Source: Mobula hypostoma
Taxonomy: Eukaryota
Assembly: GCF_963921235.1 (NCBI RefSeq)
Contig: NC_086101.1
Location: 3,226,001 to 3,290,000, forward strand
Direction of reading: 5' to 3'
DNA length: 64,000 nucleotides
Positions 60,986-64,000 of this stretch are shown here, piece after piece. Both the position numbers and the translations under genes were made by a program. How positions within the stretch are numbered: the stretch's first letter is position 1; each line of letters starts with the position of its first letter. The notes under the pieces were generated by a model that was given only the letters and a program-made list of their open reading frames with translations, had not been told where the DNA came from and did no database searches.

Positions 60986-63441
60986 AAATTGGTAAAGGTG
61001 CTGAGGAAGAGGATTTCTTGGAATGTATGCGGGATGGTTTTTTGAACCAACATGTCGAGGAACCGACTAGAGAGCAGGCTATTCTGGACTGGGTTTTGAG
61101 CAATGAGGAAGGGTTAATTAGCGATCTTGTCGTGAGAGGCCCCTTGGGTAAGAGTGACCATAATATGGTGGAATTCTTCATTAACATGGAGAGTGACGTA
61201 GTTAATTCAGAAACAAAGGTTCTGAACTTAAAGAGGGGTAACTTTGAAGGTATGAGACATGAATTAGCTAAGATAGACTGGCAAATGACACTTCAAGGAT
61301 TGACGGTGGATATGCAATGGCAGGCATTTAAAGGTTGCATGGATGAACTACAACAATTGTTCATCCCAGTTTGGCAAAAGAATAAATCAAGGAAGGTAGT
61401 GCACCCGTGGCTGACAAGAGAAATTAGGGATAGTATCAATTCCAAAGAAGTAGCATACAAATTAGCCAGAGAAAGTGGCTCACCTGAGGACTGGGAGAAA
61501 TTCAGAGTTCAGCAGAGGAGGACAAAGGGCTTAATTAGGAAGGGGAAAAAAGATTATGAGAGAAAACTGGCAGAGAACATAAAAACGGACTGTAAAAGCT
61601 TTTATAGATATGTAAAAAGGAAAAGACTGATAAAGACAAATGTAGGTCCCCTGCAAACAGAAACAGGTGAATTGATTATGGGGAGCAAGGACATGGCAGA
61701 CCAATTGAATAATTACTTTGGTTCTGTCTTCACTAAGGAGGACATAAATAATCTTCCAGAAATAGTAAGGGACAGAGGGTCCAGTGAGATGGAGGAACTG
61801 AGCGAAATACATGTTAGTAGGGAAGTGGTGTTAGGTAAATTGAAGGGATTGAAGGCAGATAAATCCCCAGGGCCAGATGGTCTGCATCCCAGAGTGCTTA
61901 AGGAAGTGGCCCAAGAAATAGTGGATGCATTAGTGATAATTTTTCAAAACTCGTTAGATTCTGGACTAGTTCCTGAGGATTGGAGGGTGGCTAATGTAAC
62001 CCCACTTTTTAAAAAAGGAGGGAGAGAGAAACCGGGGAATTATAGGCCGGTTAGCCTAACGTCGGTGGTGGGGAAACTGCTGGAGTCAGTTATCAAGGAT
62101 GTGATAACAGCACATTTGGAAAGCGGTGAAATGATCGGACAAAGTCAGCATGGATTTGTGAAAGGAAAATCATGTCTGACGAATCTCATAGAATTTTTTG
62201 AGGATGTAACTAGTAGAGTGGATAGGGGAGAACCAGTGGATGTGGTATATTTGGATTTTCAAAAGGCTTTTGACAAGGTCCCACATAGGAGATTAGTGTG
62301 CAAACTTAAAGCACACGGTATTGGGGGTAAGGTATTGGTGTGGGTGGAGAATTGGTTAGCAGACAGGAAGCAAAGAGTGGGAATAAACGGGACCTTTTCA
62401 GAATGGCAGGCGGTGACTAGTGGGGTACCGCAAGGCTCAGTGCTGGGACCCCAGTTGTTTACAATATATATTAATGACTTGGATGAGGGAATTAAATGCA
62501 GCATCTCCAAGTTTGCGGATGACACGAAGCTGGGTGGCAGTGTTAGCAGTGAGGAGGATGCTAAGAGGATGCAGGGTGACTTGGATAGGTTGGGTGAGTG
62601 GGCAAACTCATGGCAGATGCAATTTAATGTGGATAAATGTGAAGTTATCCACTTTGGTGGCAAAAATAGGAAAACAGATTATTATCTGAATGGTGGCCGA
62701 TTAGGAAAAGGGGAGGTGCAACGAGACCTGGGTGTCATTATACACCAGTCATTGAAAGTGGGCATGCAGGTACAGCAGGCGGTGAAAAAGGCGAACGGTA
62801 TGCTGGCATTTATAGCGAGAGGATTCGAGTACAGGAGCAGGGAGGTACTACTGCAGTTGTACAAGGCCTTGGTGAGACCACACCTGGAGTATTGTGTGCA
62901 GTTTTGGTCCCCTAATCTGAGGAAAGACATCTTTGCCATAGAGGGAGTACAAAGAAGGTTCACCAGATTGATTCCTGGGATGGCAGGTCTTTCATATGAA
63001 GAAAGACTGGATGAACTGGGCTTGTACTCGTTGGAATTTAGAAGATTGAGGGGGGATCTGATTGAAACGTATAAGATCCTAAAGGGATTGGACAGGCTAG
63101 ATGCAGGAAGATTGTTCCCGATGTTGGGGAGGTCTAGAACGAGGGGTCACAGTTTGAGGATAGAGGGGAAGCCTTTTAGGACCGAGGTTAGGAAAAACTT
63201 CTTCACACAGAGAGTGGTGAATCTGTGGAATTCTCTGCCACAGCAAACTGTTGAGGCCAGTTCATTAGCTATGTTTAAAAGGAAGTTAGATATGGCCCTT
63301 GTGGCTACAGGGGTCAGGGGGTATGGAGGGAAGGCTGGGTTCTGAGTTGGATGATCAGCCATGATCATAATAAATGGCGGTGCAGGCTCGAAGGGCCGAA
63401 TGGCCTACTCCTGCACCTATTTTCTATGTTTCTATGTTTCT
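60986..63441 (+). mobile_element. Young 5'-truncated CR1 with uninterrupted 775-aa ORF2 (end of APE endonuclease and full RT)
   Basis: ORF 61018..63345: [44 protein letters not shown]; (ttctatgt)n tail. Confidence 0.97.
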
Positions 63442-64000
63442 ATCCCCTTTATCTATCCTACTTGTAATCTCCTCAAAAAATTTCAACTGGTTCATCTTAT
63501 CCTGTGTCACCAACTACTCCATAACCTCATCCTTAACAATTGACTGAAACATCTTCCCAATCACTGAGGTCAGGCTAACTGGTCTATAATTTCCTTCCTT
63601 GCTGCCTTCCTCCTTTCTTTAAGAATGGACTGACATTTACAAATTTCCAGTCCTCTGTCACCATGCCAGAGTCCATTAATTTTTGAAATTTCTAGTGCTT
63701 CCACAACACTACCACTTTCAGAACTCTAGGGTGCAGTTCATCTGGTCCGGGTGACTTGTGTACCTTTAGGTCTTTCAGCTTTTTGAGCACCTTCTCCTTT
63801 GTAATAGTAACTGTACTCACTTCTCTTCCTTCACACACTATAACATCAGGCATACTGCTAGTGTCCTCCACAGTAAAGACTGATGCAAAATATTAATTTA
63901 GTTCATCAGTCATCTCCTTGTCCCCTGTTACTAATTCTCCTGCCTCATTTTCTAGCGGTCCTATATCCACTCTCATCTCTTTTATTTTTTTACATGCTTG

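Larger units (their letters stand above)
58005..64000 (-). mobile_element. Older CR1 split into three pieces (58005-58159, 59936-60985, 63442-64000) by two insertions
   Basis: Host sequence is continuous across both insertions (ccaccttaa|atacactc; actgcatc|ccctttatc); FADDMK ORF 60398..60730. Confidence 0.85.

Noticed and set aside
61018..63345. 775-aa RT ORF as a domesticated gene or autonomous element
   Set aside because: 5'-truncated within the endonuclease, no ORF1 or promoter, and nearly identical to a broken neighbour; simply a young insertion.

Overview
Vertebrate genomic DNA, very likely a cartilaginous fish (batoid/ray-like repeat landscape; inferred from the CR1/V-SINE/Penelope families, not proven). 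Two + strand host genes can be reconstructed from splice signals. (1) The 3' half of a butyrophilin-like gene: a transmembrane exon (3575-3703), seven phase-1 microexons of exactly 27 nt spread over about 16 kb, and a B30.2/PRY-SPRY exon (25688-26214). Its Ig exons would lie upstream of the window. (2) The 5' end of a myomegalin/PDE4DIP (SMYLE-type N-terminus) family gene: CpG-island first exon near 34.1-34.5 kb, a large coding exon (ATG 52784, donor 53770) with a CxxC..CxxC module and an SxIP motif, and a 96-nt exon (55097-55192). The rest is transposon-derived. This includes many CR1 LINE fragments (one young copy with a 775-aa open ORF2), Rex1/Babar, hAT and SINE remnants, a fold-back Tc1 built from two right ends, and Penelope-like fragments carrying minimal hammerhead-ribozyme motifs. 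Several minisatellites demonstrably arose inside retroelements, including a 9.6-kb array of a 32-bp pyrimidine-rich unit with higher-order structure. The 3000-aa ORFs are artefacts of that array. Transposon boundaries are approximate unless stated otherwise.
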